From a virus, in the IMG/VR virus record IMGVR_UViG_3300021142_002226, positions 32,001 to 96,000 of that record: a stretch of 64,000 nt of DNA; one strand, written 5' to 3'. Position 1 is the first letter of the stretch, and each line of letters starts with the position of its first letter. The notes under the pieces are model-generated. The model ran no database searches and was not told the DNA's origin. It worked only from the letters and a program-made list of their open reading frames with translations. The translations under genes and the position numbers were made by a program. Shown piece after piece: positions 11,516 to 21,804 of the stretch.

Positions 11516-14086
11516 TTAGCTCAATTTAAGTGTATAATTTATTGGGATGGTATATTCCATTTTATTTTTAACCGAATCTTTCAATTCCAAATTAAGATTA
11601 GCTGTTATTGTAATTTCATTATATGGGTTATAAATAAAGTATGCAGCAAATTCACCAAGAAAAAATTTAAGGTTTATATCTATACTATCATTTGGTTTTA
11701 TTGATGTGGTATTTTCGAATTCGTACTCCGCAGTTATACCCAACATGAAAGTTCTAAGATTACCAATTTCTGATTGCACTGAATAATTATTGGTATCTTT
11801 AACTATATTGTTTTGTATATAATTGGTAAGACCTTGTAACGTACTACCATGTATATAATCGGTAAGACCTTGTAACGTACTACCAGTTGTAATTCCTGAA
11901 TTTCTATATTCGAATTCATAATATTTTGTCAAATCAGAGTTACTATAATTAGTATTAAGCGATGTAAAATCGATATCATTTGACAAATGTTGTGTCAAGT
12001 TAACAAAGCCAGGAAAATTAGTTTTAAATTTATTTAAGATATAATCACTATACCCTATTATATTATCACCACCATATACAAGAAAAAATAGTTTCTGCAA
12101 CATTTTATCACTACTTAAATAATAATCAAACAATCGATTCAAATCATTCAAATCTGTTAGGTCAATATTAAAGATATTATTATAATAAGTTTCATTATCC
12201 ATTGTTGCGGTTTGAATTGCATCATCAATAAGATTTTGTAAAGTTTGGCCATTTGGGATTACATAATAAACCCAATTATAATTTTCATCATTTGACTTAT
12301 AATAATTTTTATTTATATAATCTGCCAACCCATTCAAGACACTTGAATCTTCTCTATACGTATTTATCAAAGAATCGTCTGAGATGAAAGCAGTAAATTG
12401 ATCTGAAAAAAGATTATTTTTTGTAGTATATATATCAGAATATGTAATATATGATTCTGCAATAATTCTTTTTTTATTGTATTTGTCTATTGAATAGACG
12501 TTATTATCATTAAAAACAATTTGTTGGGTGTTACCTGGAAACTGGTAATTATCAAGATATTGTAATGGATTATGATTTATAGTGCAATTACTAAGTGACA
12601 ATTTATTTATATAAAAACTATCTGAAGTTCCATTATTTGTTATTTTTATACTATCTATCAAATGTTCATAGCAATTTACATCTATAGTTGTTTCACCAAG
12701 ATTTTGATAACTAATAATTTTATTTGTAAAAGGGAACATTTTTTTGATGGATATACATGATTGATTATTCACCAAATTATTCTTTAATGTTGTTTTTATG
12801 AACCCAGATGTTTTATCATCATTAATTACAGTATGTTTACCAATACTTCTGTTTGCTATATTAACATCATAATCAAAATCAGATATTTGGGAAAAATAAT
12901 TATTTATTTGATCATTATCTAAATACAATAACTGCTTAGTATCTGGTATTTGAATATTTGTTTTATTAACAGACGGTTTGAATATTCGTGTATTATCAAC
13001 AGTGGTAATTATTGGTTCATTTAAATTTATAGGTCTTGTATTAGGTACAAGTTTACCAGCCCAATAATCATCGTAATATAATTGGTAAAGATCAATATCA
13101 TATGCCTCAATTATATAATCACCAATAGCCTCGTTATACTCATATATACCATATGTTTTATTATTATAATTGAAGCTATAATTCAAGTATTCATTTTTGT
13201 GATTAAAAGTTGTTTGAGATTGTACACCTTTTTTTTGCGGACTATGTATTGAAGATGGGATTAATGGAATTTTATTACCAGAAAGAGCATCCCAAAAACT
13301 GAACTTCACATAAAAACTTTGTGTTGTATAACTATTCAAAAAATTAATTGAGAATCCTTCCACTCCATCGATTAAAGAGAACGATGGTCTTGCTTGATAA
13401 ATCCCATTTACAGATTGTTCATGATACATATATCTATCATTAACAAAAATTGGTATAAACATGATTCTTTTTTGAGTTGTTGGAATTGGTGTTGTATAGA
13501 ATTCCATAGTCAAAAAAGAGTTATATAGGAAAGCCGATTTACTAAAACCATTTATATCATTTTTCCACGTTTCGATTTTTTGAGAAAATGGAAATGTAAA
13601 AGAATCATAAAATAATGGTAAACCACTCTGTAATGGTTTAATTTTTATAAACTCCTCGATTGGATTAGTAACTAAATATGGTCTTGTGATATTGATTTGT
13701 TGTGGTGTTAAATTAGCATCAAGTGGTGTTAATGGTGCCAAATTATTGTTATCCTGTTTAATTTCATATGGGTTCAATATAGTAATATTAGTATCTAATA
13801 TACTCTTAGCTGAACTCAAATATGTTGAGAATGCTGGTTCAATATTCTTAACTATATCTGGATTCAAATCCATATTTTTAAATGACAAAAAATATGTAAA
13901 TAAATTTATAGTGTTAGATTTGGGTTTAAAATTATATATCTCACTGTCAAAAATAGCATTGATTGTTTTATCACCAGCTTTATTCAAAAGATTTTGGTAA
14001 TAAAAATCCGTATCCGAACTTTGATCTTGATTTGTTATATTGGCAACAACATTCAAATCTATATTATTTAATACTGATGTTAGCAT
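11516..14086 (-). CDS. Hypothetical structural protein
   Basis: 856 aa N/I/Y-rich ORF with an internal 12-aa duplication. Confidence 0.5.
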   Translation of the reverse strand: MLTSVLNNIDLNVVANITNQDQSSDTDFYYQNLLNKAGDKTINAIFDSEIYNFKPKSNTINLFTYFLSFKNMDLNPDIVKNIEPAFSTYLSSAKSILDTNITILNPYEIKQDNNNLAPLTPLDANLTPQQINITRPYLVTNPIEEFIKIKPLQSGLPLFYDSFTFPFSQKIETWKNDINGFSKSAFLYNSFLTMEFYTTPIPTTQKRIMFIPIFVNDRYMYHEQSVNGIYQARPSFSLIDGVEGFSINFLNSYTTQSFYVKFSFWDALSGNKIPLIPSSIHSPQKKGVQSQTTFNHKNEYLNYSFNYNNKTYGIYEYNEAIGDYIIEAYDIDLYQLYYDDYWAGKLVPNTRPINLNEPIITTVDNTRIFKPSVNKTNIQIPDTKQLLYLDNDQINNYFSQISDFDYDVNIANRSIGKHTVINDDKTSGFIKTTLKNNLVNNQSCISIKKMFPFTNKIISYQNLGETTIDVNCYEHLIDSIKITNNGTSDSFYINKLSLSNCTINHNPLQYLDNYQFPGNTQQIVFNDNNVYSIDKYNKKRIIAESYITYSDIYTTKNNLFSDQFTAFISDDSLINTYREDSSVLNGLADYINKNYYKSNDENYNWVYYVIPNGQTLQNLIDDAIQTATMDNETYYNNIFNIDLTDLNDLNRLFDYYLSSDKMLQKLFFLVYGGDNIIGYSDYILNKFKTNFPGFVNLTQHLSNDIDFTSLNTNYSNSDLTKYYEFEYRNSGITTGSTLQGLTDYIHGSTLQGLTNYIQNNIVKDTNNYSVQSEIGNLRTFMLGITAEYEFENTTSIKPNDSIDINLKFFLGEFAAYFIYNPYNEITITANLNLELKDSVKNKMEYTIPINYTLKLS
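11825..11885. repeat. Tandem duplication, 36-nt period
   Basis: ggtaagaccttgtaacgtactacca at 11825-11849 and 11861-11885; encodes GSTLQGLT twice. Confidence 0.9.
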
Positions 14087-15843
14087 GGTTTATCTGTATA
14101 TGTTTGGAATGGATTATTATCAAGGTTTTGTTGGTTTGTTGTATCACCAATTAGTGTATCAGTTATAGAATTTAAATCATTTATAAGATTGTTCAAATCA
14201 TTTATTCCGCCATTGTTCAATAAATCGGCCTGGCTAATATCGTTGATATTCAAATCGTATTTTGTTGTTTTATTTTTTTCAATATTCAAAATAAAGTTAA
14301 TATTATTAAAAACATAATATGAATTATTCATGAATGGAAAATCAACAGTAACACCATTTTCATCAGCAACGCCAATATCATAAAGATCCCTCCATAAATA
14401 TGTTTTTTTGGTTAAACTATATGATGCGTAATCTGGCATATTCAATACATTATTACCAGTTTCAACATAGCTCGATAAATGTTTTATTGTTATATTTGTG
14501 AACGGATTATAGTGAAATAGAACATCATTATGTATAAATCTATGATACATAGGTGTTATTTCGGTTTCTGTTAAATTTTCAAGACTGTATTCACATAATG
14601 ATATCATGTGTATATCACCAACTTTAGGCTTTGATGCTAATAACGTGGTTTTAGCTGGCGATACCATTTCAAAACCATCTGAATCTGTTGTGAATTCTAT
14701 TAAATTATAAAAATTTGCTTCAACATCACCAAAAGTTGCATCGCTTGTACTACCGTTTTTGAATACCCCTATATACAAATTATTTAATGGATAATTTAAA
14801 TTATCTCTTAATAAATCTGTATTTATTGTTTGCTTAAAAATGAAATTTTTATTAATACTACCGTAAGTTGATTGGGAAAATGCACAATCATCAAAATTAT
14901 CAAGAACCGCCAAAACCTGTGCTTTCTTCACATAATATTCTAATATTTCATTGTTTTGTATTTTTCTTATGAAATAACTTGGTTTTGCAACTTTATATAT
15001 ACTTGGTCTATTTGATACAAAGTTTTCTATATCTACAGGTGTAAAATTAAAATCTATATTTCTTATACTAAATTTTAATGTGTTAGTTGTTGTAGTAGAA
15101 ACTTTTTGAGTATTATTGATTAAAAATGATTGTAGCTTTTTTGGACTAACATTTACCTTTATATTGTTATAACCATTTTCAGCATTCATCAAAGCAACAT
15201 TATTCAATGGTGAATATACTTTGGTTGGTGTAATAAATTTATTATAATTAAATGATGCGTTAACCGTTATAAGATTACCATTAACACTTGTTATTTCATA
15301 TATACCTGAACCTAAATATTGAGCATTATTTGGATCTGTATTTGTTATATACACACTGTCACCTTGGGAAAAATTATGACCAAGATATAATAAAAAACCA
15401 GCTGTATTATCTTTAAGACTTTGAGTTTTTGTTAAAGCAGGTAAACCATTATTTAGATCGTATGTGACATCATTTTTAACATTATTCAATATTTTTTGAC
15501 CTTTAAATCCGTTATCTTGAATAGGTTGTAACAACACAACACTCCAATTCTGGTTTGTAAAATCCAATAAGTTTCTATTGATAGTTATTGGTGTTACCGC
15601 AACTGGTTTGGATGATTTATTTACAGGATTGGTATTAATGATTGGGTTAATTTTACCATATATTCTAAAATTATTAGAGGATTGTTTTTCTAATATAAAT
15701 TGGCTGTCTTGACTAATCTCAAGAAATAAATTTGTTTCTATAGTATTAGATGACGGTTGTTCCAATATAAGTCTTGTACTCAAATCAACATTTGAGTTTG
15801 CCGTGCTTTTATACTGTCCTAATACTTCTGTTAAATTATCCAT
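14080..15843 (-). CDS. Hypothetical structural protein
   Basis: ORF track gives 14080..15873. The likelier start is the ATG at 15843, 1 nt after the upstream TAA (MDNLTEVLGQYKS). Confidence 0.55.
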   Translation of the reverse strand: MDNLTEVLGQYKSTANSNVDLSTRLILEQPSSNTIETNLFLEISQDSQFILEKQSSNNFRIYGKINPIINTNPVNKSSKPVAVTPITINRNLLDFTNQNWSVVLLQPIQDNGFKGQKILNNVKNDVTYDLNNGLPALTKTQSLKDNTAGFLLYLGHNFSQGDSVYITNTDPNNAQYLGSGIYEITSVNGNLITVNASFNYNKFITPTKVYSPLNNVALMNAENGYNNIKVNVSPKKLQSFLINNTQKVSTTTTNTLKFSIRNIDFNFTPVDIENFVSNRPSIYKVAKPSYFIRKIQNNEILEYYVKKAQVLAVLDNFDDCAFSQSTYGSINKNFIFKQTINTDLLRDNLNYPLNNLYIGVFKNGSTSDATFGDVEANFYNLIEFTTDSDGFEMVSPAKTTLLASKPKVGDIHMISLCEYSLENLTETEITPMYHRFIHNDVLFHYNPFTNITIKHLSSYVETGNNVLNMPDYASYSLTKKTYLWRDLYDIGVADENGVTVDFPFMNNSYYVFNNINFILNIEKNKTTKYDLNINDISQADLLNNGGINDLNNLINDLNSITDTLIGDTTNQQNLDNNPFQTYTDKPC

Positions 15844-15844
15844 A

Positions 15845-18145
15845 TTATTTCTTAACTTTATAATATAATTCAATATCTTTTAATGCATTATTTGGTTCAA
15901 ATCTTCCAAAATAATAGAAATTGTTATTGAATAAGTTAGCTTTATAGTTAGTTGTTGAAAACGAATTGATTGATTTTGAATAATCGGTTTCTGCCTGAGT
16001 AATGTCACCTTTTCTGAATGAAGAATAAACACCATTAGATATTAACACATCAAGATCATCTGTAATATCAACAACATTAAAATCCATAAATTCTGTCAAG
16101 AAGATATCTTCAACTGAATTTATAAAAGGGCCGTATGTATATTGTAAATTTACGGCTTGAGTATATGGATTCTGTATACCATAAGAATTCGCTGTGGAAC
16201 CAACAACATTTTGAAGTTCCAAAGCATAACCAGTCAAAAATGGTGCTGGTAATGTTGTATTGTCACCATAATCCCATGTTAGGTTTTGACCGTATGTGGA
16301 TACGCCATTAGAATTAAAAAAACTACCTGCACTATATAGCTCTCTGAAAACATCCCCTGAATTAACACCATTCAATCCAACACCAATACCCAAGTATTTT
16401 TCGTATTCTTTTATTGGTGTGTTATATGTAACCGAACCATCAATATATGGTATGTTAATAATTGCAGCTGGTGATATTATATCATCGGTACTATTTGGTG
16501 CAGGATATGGATATGCTGTTGGTTGTAAATCAATTTTTATCCTTGGCATTAAAACCGAACCAATTATATCAATACTATTTGTATCATTTGTAATATTTGG
16601 AATATCTCTGAAATCAACTGGATAATTCCAATAGATGTCATTAGATACTTTATACGGACTTGTATACGGAAACCACGATACATAATTACCTGATTCCCTA
16701 ACATCATCAATTGTATGTTTATAATAAGTTGTTTTTAATGTATAAAACCTTCTTTTTCTATCGTGTATATCATATTCGAATAAAGAAGTCGATATATCAT
16801 TCCAACCACCAAGATTCGGATCTCCATCATTTGTTGATGGAACTCTAAAACCAGGTAATATTGGATTGGAATACCAGCCCTCTGGTTGTCTTCTACCGTA
16901 CCATGATTCGGAATTTTCATAAAATTCAAATGTATAATGTCCTTTTGTAGGAATACCTGTCTTTTTATCTTTGGATGGTAAAAGATCACCAAACTCATTA
17001 TAGGAATAATAATCCTCATACATTGGTAATGCTAATCTAAATATACCATTATTAACAGATAATTCATATACACCAGTTCTTTGTCTACTCACCCCATCAT
17101 CCGCCAATTTATAGACAACAACTTTAGGATTTTGGAATGGATAAATATCACCATTCATATATCCAAGAGATGAATCTGTTGCAAGTATCTGTGGTTGATT
17201 TGGAAATGCTTTGGTGTTATCTTGTAATTGTGCCATCTTGTATGTTGCCGAATCAATAGTAAATCCACCTGACAAAGAATCAAGATAACCAAAAAATACT
17301 GCTGACGGCGTGTATTTAAAATTGACTGTAAAATCACATCTTGTTATACCCACATCGCAAAAATTATCATCACCCCAGAATGGTGCAACGTTAATTGTTT
17401 TTTGCCCATGAAATATATTTGGCATAGATGATATGTCCAACTTTATCTCCACAGCAAAGTTGTTATTACCGTAATAGGTATAATCTGGTATTTTATTAGG
17501 ATCTACTGTTTGACTTGTTGTTGTACCAAATGCACTTATTAATGTACCAAGACTATCTAACGCATTATTAACTGTTGTTAATTGTACAAGATCATTAGCT
17601 GAAATATCAAATGATTCTGTATCGAAAACATCGAAATCCATAACAACATCTTGTTTACCTAATGGTACACCAAATATCATATAATCACCAGCATGGTTAG
17701 TTATGGTTGTATATTTATAATATTTTTCAAAAACCTCAACAGATTGTGGATAATGAACAAAATCATTTATATTAGGGAAATTACCAACCGCTCTATGACT
17801 TGGGTTCGCACCTCTAACTCTTGGTAACAAGTTATATCTTACACCATTTGGATATGTATCTGTCAATGATGTAAATGGATATAGTTGTGTTATTTCTGGT
17901 CTTTCTTGATCGTCAGCAGATATTGGTACAAATACAGTAACTTTAGCATTTTGAACCCCAAATCCATTTGTTAATGTAACTCTACCGACAATAACACCAA
18001 AATCCGAACACATTCTTCTATATGCATCGGTACTTGTAATTTTCAAACTCAAAACATCAAGAGTTTCAAACTCTTGTTCTAAGTTTACTCTTACAACTTT
18101 TTCATTTTTATTATTTAAATTTATCGGTATTCTTATATCACTCAT
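15845..18145 (-). CDS. Putative baseplate-associated protein
   Basis: 766 aa directly after the wedge gene. The N-terminal beta-rich segment (GVIVGRVTLTNGFGVQNAKVTVFVP) resembles carboxypeptidase-regulatory-like folds. Confidence 0.5.
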   Translation of the reverse strand: MSDIRIPINLNNKNEKVVRVNLEQEFETLDVLSLKITSTDAYRRMCSDFGVIVGRVTLTNGFGVQNAKVTVFVPISADDQERPEITQLYPFTSLTDTYPNGVRYNLLPRVRGANPSHRAVGNFPNINDFVHYPQSVEVFEKYYKYTTITNHAGDYMIFGVPLGKQDVVMDFDVFDTESFDISANDLVQLTTVNNALDSLGTLISAFGTTTSQTVDPNKIPDYTYYGNNNFAVEIKLDISSMPNIFHGQKTINVAPFWGDDNFCDVGITRCDFTVNFKYTPSAVFFGYLDSLSGGFTIDSATYKMAQLQDNTKAFPNQPQILATDSSLGYMNGDIYPFQNPKVVVYKLADDGVSRQRTGVYELSVNNGIFRLALPMYEDYYSYNEFGDLLPSKDKKTGIPTKGHYTFEFYENSESWYGRRQPEGWYSNPILPGFRVPSTNDGDPNLGGWNDISTSLFEYDIHDRKRRFYTLKTTYYKHTIDDVRESGNYVSWFPYTSPYKVSNDIYWNYPVDFRDIPNITNDTNSIDIIGSVLMPRIKIDLQPTAYPYPAPNSTDDIISPAAIINIPYIDGSVTYNTPIKEYEKYLGIGVGLNGVNSGDVFRELYSAGSFFNSNGVSTYGQNLTWDYGDNTTLPAPFLTGYALELQNVVGSTANSYGIQNPYTQAVNLQYTYGPFINSVEDIFLTEFMDFNVVDITDDLDVLISNGVYSSFRKGDITQAETDYSKSINSFSTTNYKANLFNNNFYYFGRFEPNNALKDIELYYKVKK

Positions 18146-18146
18146 A

Positions 18147-19982
18147 TTATATTAATGTTCTAATTGGTGTTGATACAACTGGTATTACAACTATATCACT
18201 ATTAGGGTTTCTTAATTGTAGAATTTGATTTTCGTCACAATTTAATATACCTGTTGTTATATCTATCTCCCCTGTTGAGGTGTCTAAAATGTTTTGATTA
18301 ATAGTATTTTGTGAATATCCTGAAGTTGTTTCATTAAAAACCTTGATATAATTTAAATTAAGAACACCTTGTATTTGGGAAATTATTTTATTCAAGTTGT
18401 AAACATAATAACTTTGACCCATTTGTCTATTAGTTGAAACAAATTCATTGGTTACAGCAGAAATTATTTGTGTTACTGTTGAAAGTTGTGATGTTGAATC
18501 TACAACAACAGATATTTCAAAACCCAAATCAACAACTTCGCCAGGTTTTACAACAACATAATCATTTATCATCCTATATTCTGAAAGATATGTAGCTATA
18601 TTTTCGAGTATAACACTTGTTATTTGTGAATCGAAAGCGCCACTACTATCAACAGTTATTGGATTAACTTCTATTTTATTTTGATTTTGTCTCACACCTA
18701 CTCTTGCTGGGGTACCAAATTTACTTGGCATACCCAGTAATATTGCTTTATAATCATTTAATGTTACAGCTCTGTTTTGAGCAGCGAAATTATATGATAT
18801 ATAATTTCTCAATTCCTCAATTGATGGAGCTTCACCTCCACCCACAGCTGGTGTAATGTTAGTAACAGTCAAAGAGCCTTGTACGATACCATTAAGCTGC
18901 GCATCAGGGCCATTCAAAGTTATATTCAAATATCCAAATGATGTAATCACATTAGCGCCAACATTACTTGAGGATCCACCACCAACTCTATATTTTACAT
19001 ACATTGTTGTATTTGTTAGTGGTGCATAACCTAAACTATTATTGTTCAATAAATTACTTAATGAAATACTATTACCAGATAGAAATGAATCAAGTATATC
19101 GAATGCTTGGTTTGTTTGTCCACCGAATGTTAAAGTACAAAAACCTGTAGGTGTAAATTCTCTCACAAATCTATAGTTTGTATCTAACCATATACCTTTG
19201 TAAATACCATCACTTGTTGGCGGTACAGTTGTATCGTATACAAAAACTGAATTTTCAGCTAATGAATTTACCTCATACCATTTGTTTGTTGGTGAAGCAA
19301 ACTCGTTATCTGTAGGATTAGTTGTGAAGTTTATACCGTTTTTGTGAATCACAGACTCAATATCAAGAACATTATTTTCTGGTAATGTTATTTGATAAAA
19401 AGGTGTTGGTGGTGTATTGTTAAATACTTGCGTATATATTCTCGTTGTACCAGCGACAACTATACCTGTTTTGGTAATCAAATATGCTGTTAATATACCA
19501 TTATTGAAAACTGGTGTTTTTGTTCTATCTAAAGCACCAGAAGAGTTCAGGTTACTACTAAAATCAACATCATACAAAAGTTCAAAAGTTTGGCCATTAC
19601 CTTGTACTTGGGTACCAGCTTTTAAAACAGGTAAATATCTTGTGTCTTCAGCATCACCAAAAACTGGTACTTGAACTGAGAATTGGCATACGGCTATACT
19701 TGCTGATAATGTTGGTAATTTTAAACCATAAGTTTTAGCTATATTAAACAGCGATCTTCCTTCTTGAGCAAAATCAAGTACAGTTTCCTGTAATGACCTA
19801 TCAATATTAAAATGTAGGTTATCCGCCAATGCCGCTCCAAGGTCAAGAAAGACAGACATAATTGATCCATCATTAAAGTTTTGGATTACATCAGGATAAT
19901 ATTTATTTATATAATCTATCTGCTCTTGTCTTAAAGTAGCAAAGTCTCTACTACCGTATGATATTGTATTTGTTGTTGCCAT
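18147..19982 (-). CDS. Baseplate wedge subunit (T4 gp6 / baseplate J-like)
   Basis: 611 aa. Motifs SRDFATLRQE, YRVGGGSSSNV, AVGGGEAPSIEELR and AAQNRAVTLNDY are typical of gp6/J wedge proteins. Follows the gp25-like gene. Confidence 0.85.
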   Translation of the reverse strand: MATTNTISYGSRDFATLRQEQIDYINKYYPDVIQNFNDGSIMSVFLDLGAALADNLHFNIDRSLQETVLDFAQEGRSLFNIAKTYGLKLPTLSASIAVCQFSVQVPVFGDAEDTRYLPVLKAGTQVQGNGQTFELLYDVDFSSNLNSSGALDRTKTPVFNNGILTAYLITKTGIVVAGTTRIYTQVFNNTPPTPFYQITLPENNVLDIESVIHKNGINFTTNPTDNEFASPTNKWYEVNSLAENSVFVYDTTVPPTSDGIYKGIWLDTNYRFVREFTPTGFCTLTFGGQTNQAFDILDSFLSGNSISLSNLLNNNSLGYAPLTNTTMYVKYRVGGGSSSNVGANVITSFGYLNITLNGPDAQLNGIVQGSLTVTNITPAVGGGEAPSIEELRNYISYNFAAQNRAVTLNDYKAILLGMPSKFGTPARVGVRQNQNKIEVNPITVDSSGAFDSQITSVILENIATYLSEYRMINDYVVVKPGEVVDLGFEISVVVDSTSQLSTVTQIISAVTNEFVSTNRQMGQSYYVYNLNKIISQIQGVLNLNYIKVFNETTSGYSQNTINQNILDTSTGEIDITTGILNCDENQILQLRNPNSDIVVIPVVSTPIRTLI

Positions 19983-19984
19983 AA

Positions 19985-20401
19985 TTAGAATGTAATTGTT
20001 ACGTCATCAGAAACCTCAAAAGTTCTGGAAGTTATTGTATAATCAATTGTTACTGTTACTTTATGATGTGATTGTTGATCATTAACATATGCTGGATCAG
20101 TATCATATCGTTTTATATTAATTGTATTAATTTTTAAATTTGGTAAAAATGCTGTGCAAGCATCCTTTATTTCATTTTGGATTGCTGTTGTTACATTATC
20201 CGTCAATGGTTCAAATATATATTGATATAAATTTGTACCAAATTCTGGTAAAAAATATCTTGATCCCTTTCTTGTTAATAAAAGGTGTACCAAATCAGAT
20301 TTTATTTCTTTCTCAGGATATGTTGTTAAATCCAAAAAATCACCGTTTGTAGAATCCTGGAAAGGAAAATTTATACCTATTGTTTTTTGCCTGAAATTCA
20401 T
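19985..20401 (-). CDS. Baseplate wedge subunit, gp25-like
   Basis: 138 aa with IKSDLVHLLLTRKGSRYFLPEFGTNLYQYIFEP, the gp25/GPW signature. Confidence 0.9.
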   Translation of the reverse strand: MNFRQKTIGINFPFQDSTNGDFLDLTTYPEKEIKSDLVHLLLTRKGSRYFLPEFGTNLYQYIFEPLTDNVTTAIQNEIKDACTAFLPNLKINTINIKRYDTDPAYVNDQQSHHKVTVTIDYTITSRTFEVSDDVTITF

Positions 20402-20414
20402 GTCAAATATTTAA

Positions 20415-20423
20415 TATAAATAG
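20415..20423 (-). promoter_or_regulatory. CTATTTATA upstream motif (putative phage promoter element)
   Basis: 13 nt upstream of the gp25 ATG. Overlaps a TTGACT-N16-TACTAT arrangement (20420-20447). Confidence 0.55.
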
Positions 20424-20448
20424 TAATCAAAATAAAATTATAGTCAAT

Positions 20449-20478
20449 AAAAAAAACCACCCAGAGAACTGAGTGGTT
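20449..20478 (-). terminator. Rho-independent terminator after the HNH gene
   Basis: Stem aaccac-ccag/ctga-gtggtt (one mismatch), followed on the minus strand by a run of T. Confidence 0.7.
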
Positions 20479-20505
20479 CATATTTAAAATATTTAAATAT
20501 TTAGT

Positions 20506-21063
20506 TTATATTCCTGAATTACATTCAGCAACCAATTTACACATGTATATAAAATAATCTTGTGAATAAATCCGTTTCATCATATTAATATCTTTATGTA
20601 CCCATTGTACATTTTCTTCAATATAACCTTTATTATTATCAATTCTGTCTAAAGACATTGTCATATTATTATATGTACTTTCTAACAACAAACCACTTAA
20701 AGAGCATAATTTATTCTGTTTTATAAACAAATCGTTTAGATAAGATATTGTTAGTTTAAATTCTATATTTCTAAGTTTAGCATCTCTTTTTATTTTACTA
20801 AAAACTTTACCAGGTATATTATTAAACCCTTTCCATGATGGGTTATTTTCTTTTTTTAATGAGTTACCACAATTTAAACATTTTGTTGATGTACCTTTGA
20901 TTAAAGAGTAACACGATACTTTTTTTATTTCACCACAAGAGCATTTACATGTTACTTTAGCTTCTTTTTCAATTATAATTTTTTCATCAATAATAGAATA
21001 TTCGCCATATTTTTGACCAATAGTAAATTTATTTGAATATTTAGATGTATTTTTACGTCCCAT
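20506..21063 (-). CDS. Free-standing HNH-family homing endonuclease
   Basis: 185 aa. Motifs CKCSCG...CLNCG, CSLSG and SLDRIDNNKGYIEENVQWVHKDINMMK. Sits right after nrdJ. Confidence 0.75.
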   Translation of the reverse strand: MGRKNTSKYSNKFTIGQKYGEYSIIDEKIIIEKEAKVTCKCSCGEIKKVSCYSLIKGTSTKCLNCGNSLKKENNPSWKGFNNIPGKVFSKIKRDAKLRNIEFKLTISYLNDLFIKQNKLCSLSGLLLESTYNNMTMSLDRIDNNKGYIEENVQWVHKDINMMKRIYSQDYFIYMCKLVAECNSGI

Positions 21064-21088
21064 ATTAATAAATAGTATAGTATTTCCA

Positions 21089-21119
21089 TAAGGTGTTGGT
21101 AGATGATACCAACACCTTA
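21089..21119. other. Perfect 13-bp hairpin between nrdJ-C and the HNH gene
   Basis: taaggtgttggta-gatga-taccaacacctta; no adjacent U-tract. Confidence 0.75.
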
Positions 21120-21126
21120 AGAAAAT

Positions 21127-21804
21127 TTATCTTACTTCGCACCCATTTGCACCACATGCAACCTCGCCTTTTTGGTCAGTATTGTCTTCATGTTCGATTA
21201 TTTTTGTTAAATCGATAGCTGTTAAATGATTTATCATTTCATCGTATTCTTCTTTAGTGATGTCAGTAAAGGGGGCTTGGATATAACTTCCACCATCATA
21301 AGGTAATACAGATAATCCATTATAGAATTCTTTATTATCCCACATCCATGTACCTACTGTATCCCATTCATCTTCCTTGATTGCAATAGTAGCTGATACG
21401 TTATGTGTGTTTTCACCCTTTCTATGGCCAGGTTTAATCCATTCTTTGCTAATTTTTTTAACTCTTTCCAACAAATTTATAGCTGATTCAGTTCTATAAA
21501 TTGAGTTTTCTGGTGCTTTTTGAGGAACACTGATAACAGCCGTATCGTGTGGTCTAAAATATTCATCTTCAATAAGTTCTGGATGATACATATATAAATA
21601 ATTATATATTGACTCATTTTTACCAACACGGATTCTACGGATGTAATAATCATTGTGCCATGCGTGAATACCTGAAGATGTACCAAGAACTAATGAGCTT
21701 GTATTATGCGATACAATACCGTTCTTTAATTGATAGTTTGGTGTATCCTCAACTTCAATATCCACCGTAAAGTTTTTCTTAATTTCCTTTTTAATTATTT
21801 TCAT
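21127..21804 (-). CDS. nrdJ: Class II ribonucleotide reductase C-terminal fragment, preceded by a split-intein C-half
   Basis: 34-aa IntC (MKIIKK...YQLKNGIVSHN), then TSSLVLGTSSGIHAWHNDYYIRR, ending in the cysteine tail ACGANGCEVR. Confidence 0.9.
   Translation of the reverse strand: MKIIKKEIKKNFTVDIEVEDTPNYQLKNGIVSHNTSSLVLGTSSGIHAWHNDYYIRRIRVGKNESIYNYLYMYHPELIEDEYFRPHDTAVISVPQKAPENSIYRTESAINLLERVKKISKEWIKPGHRKGENTHNVSATIAIKEDEWDTVGTWMWDNKEFYNGLSVLPYDGGSYIQAPFTDITKEEYDEMINHLTAIDLTKIIEHEDNTDQKGEVACGANGCEVR
21703..21804 (-). mobile_element. Split intein C-fragment (IntC, 34 aa, +1 residue Thr)
   Basis: Blocks F/G: TVDIEVEDTPNYQLKNGIVSHN|T; basic N-terminus. Confidence 0.9.

Noticed and set aside
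20402-20505. Duplicated nrdJ 3' end after the HNH gene
   Set aside because: I looked for it by analogy with the exonuclease locus and found no similarity to the ACGANGCEVR coding sequence.
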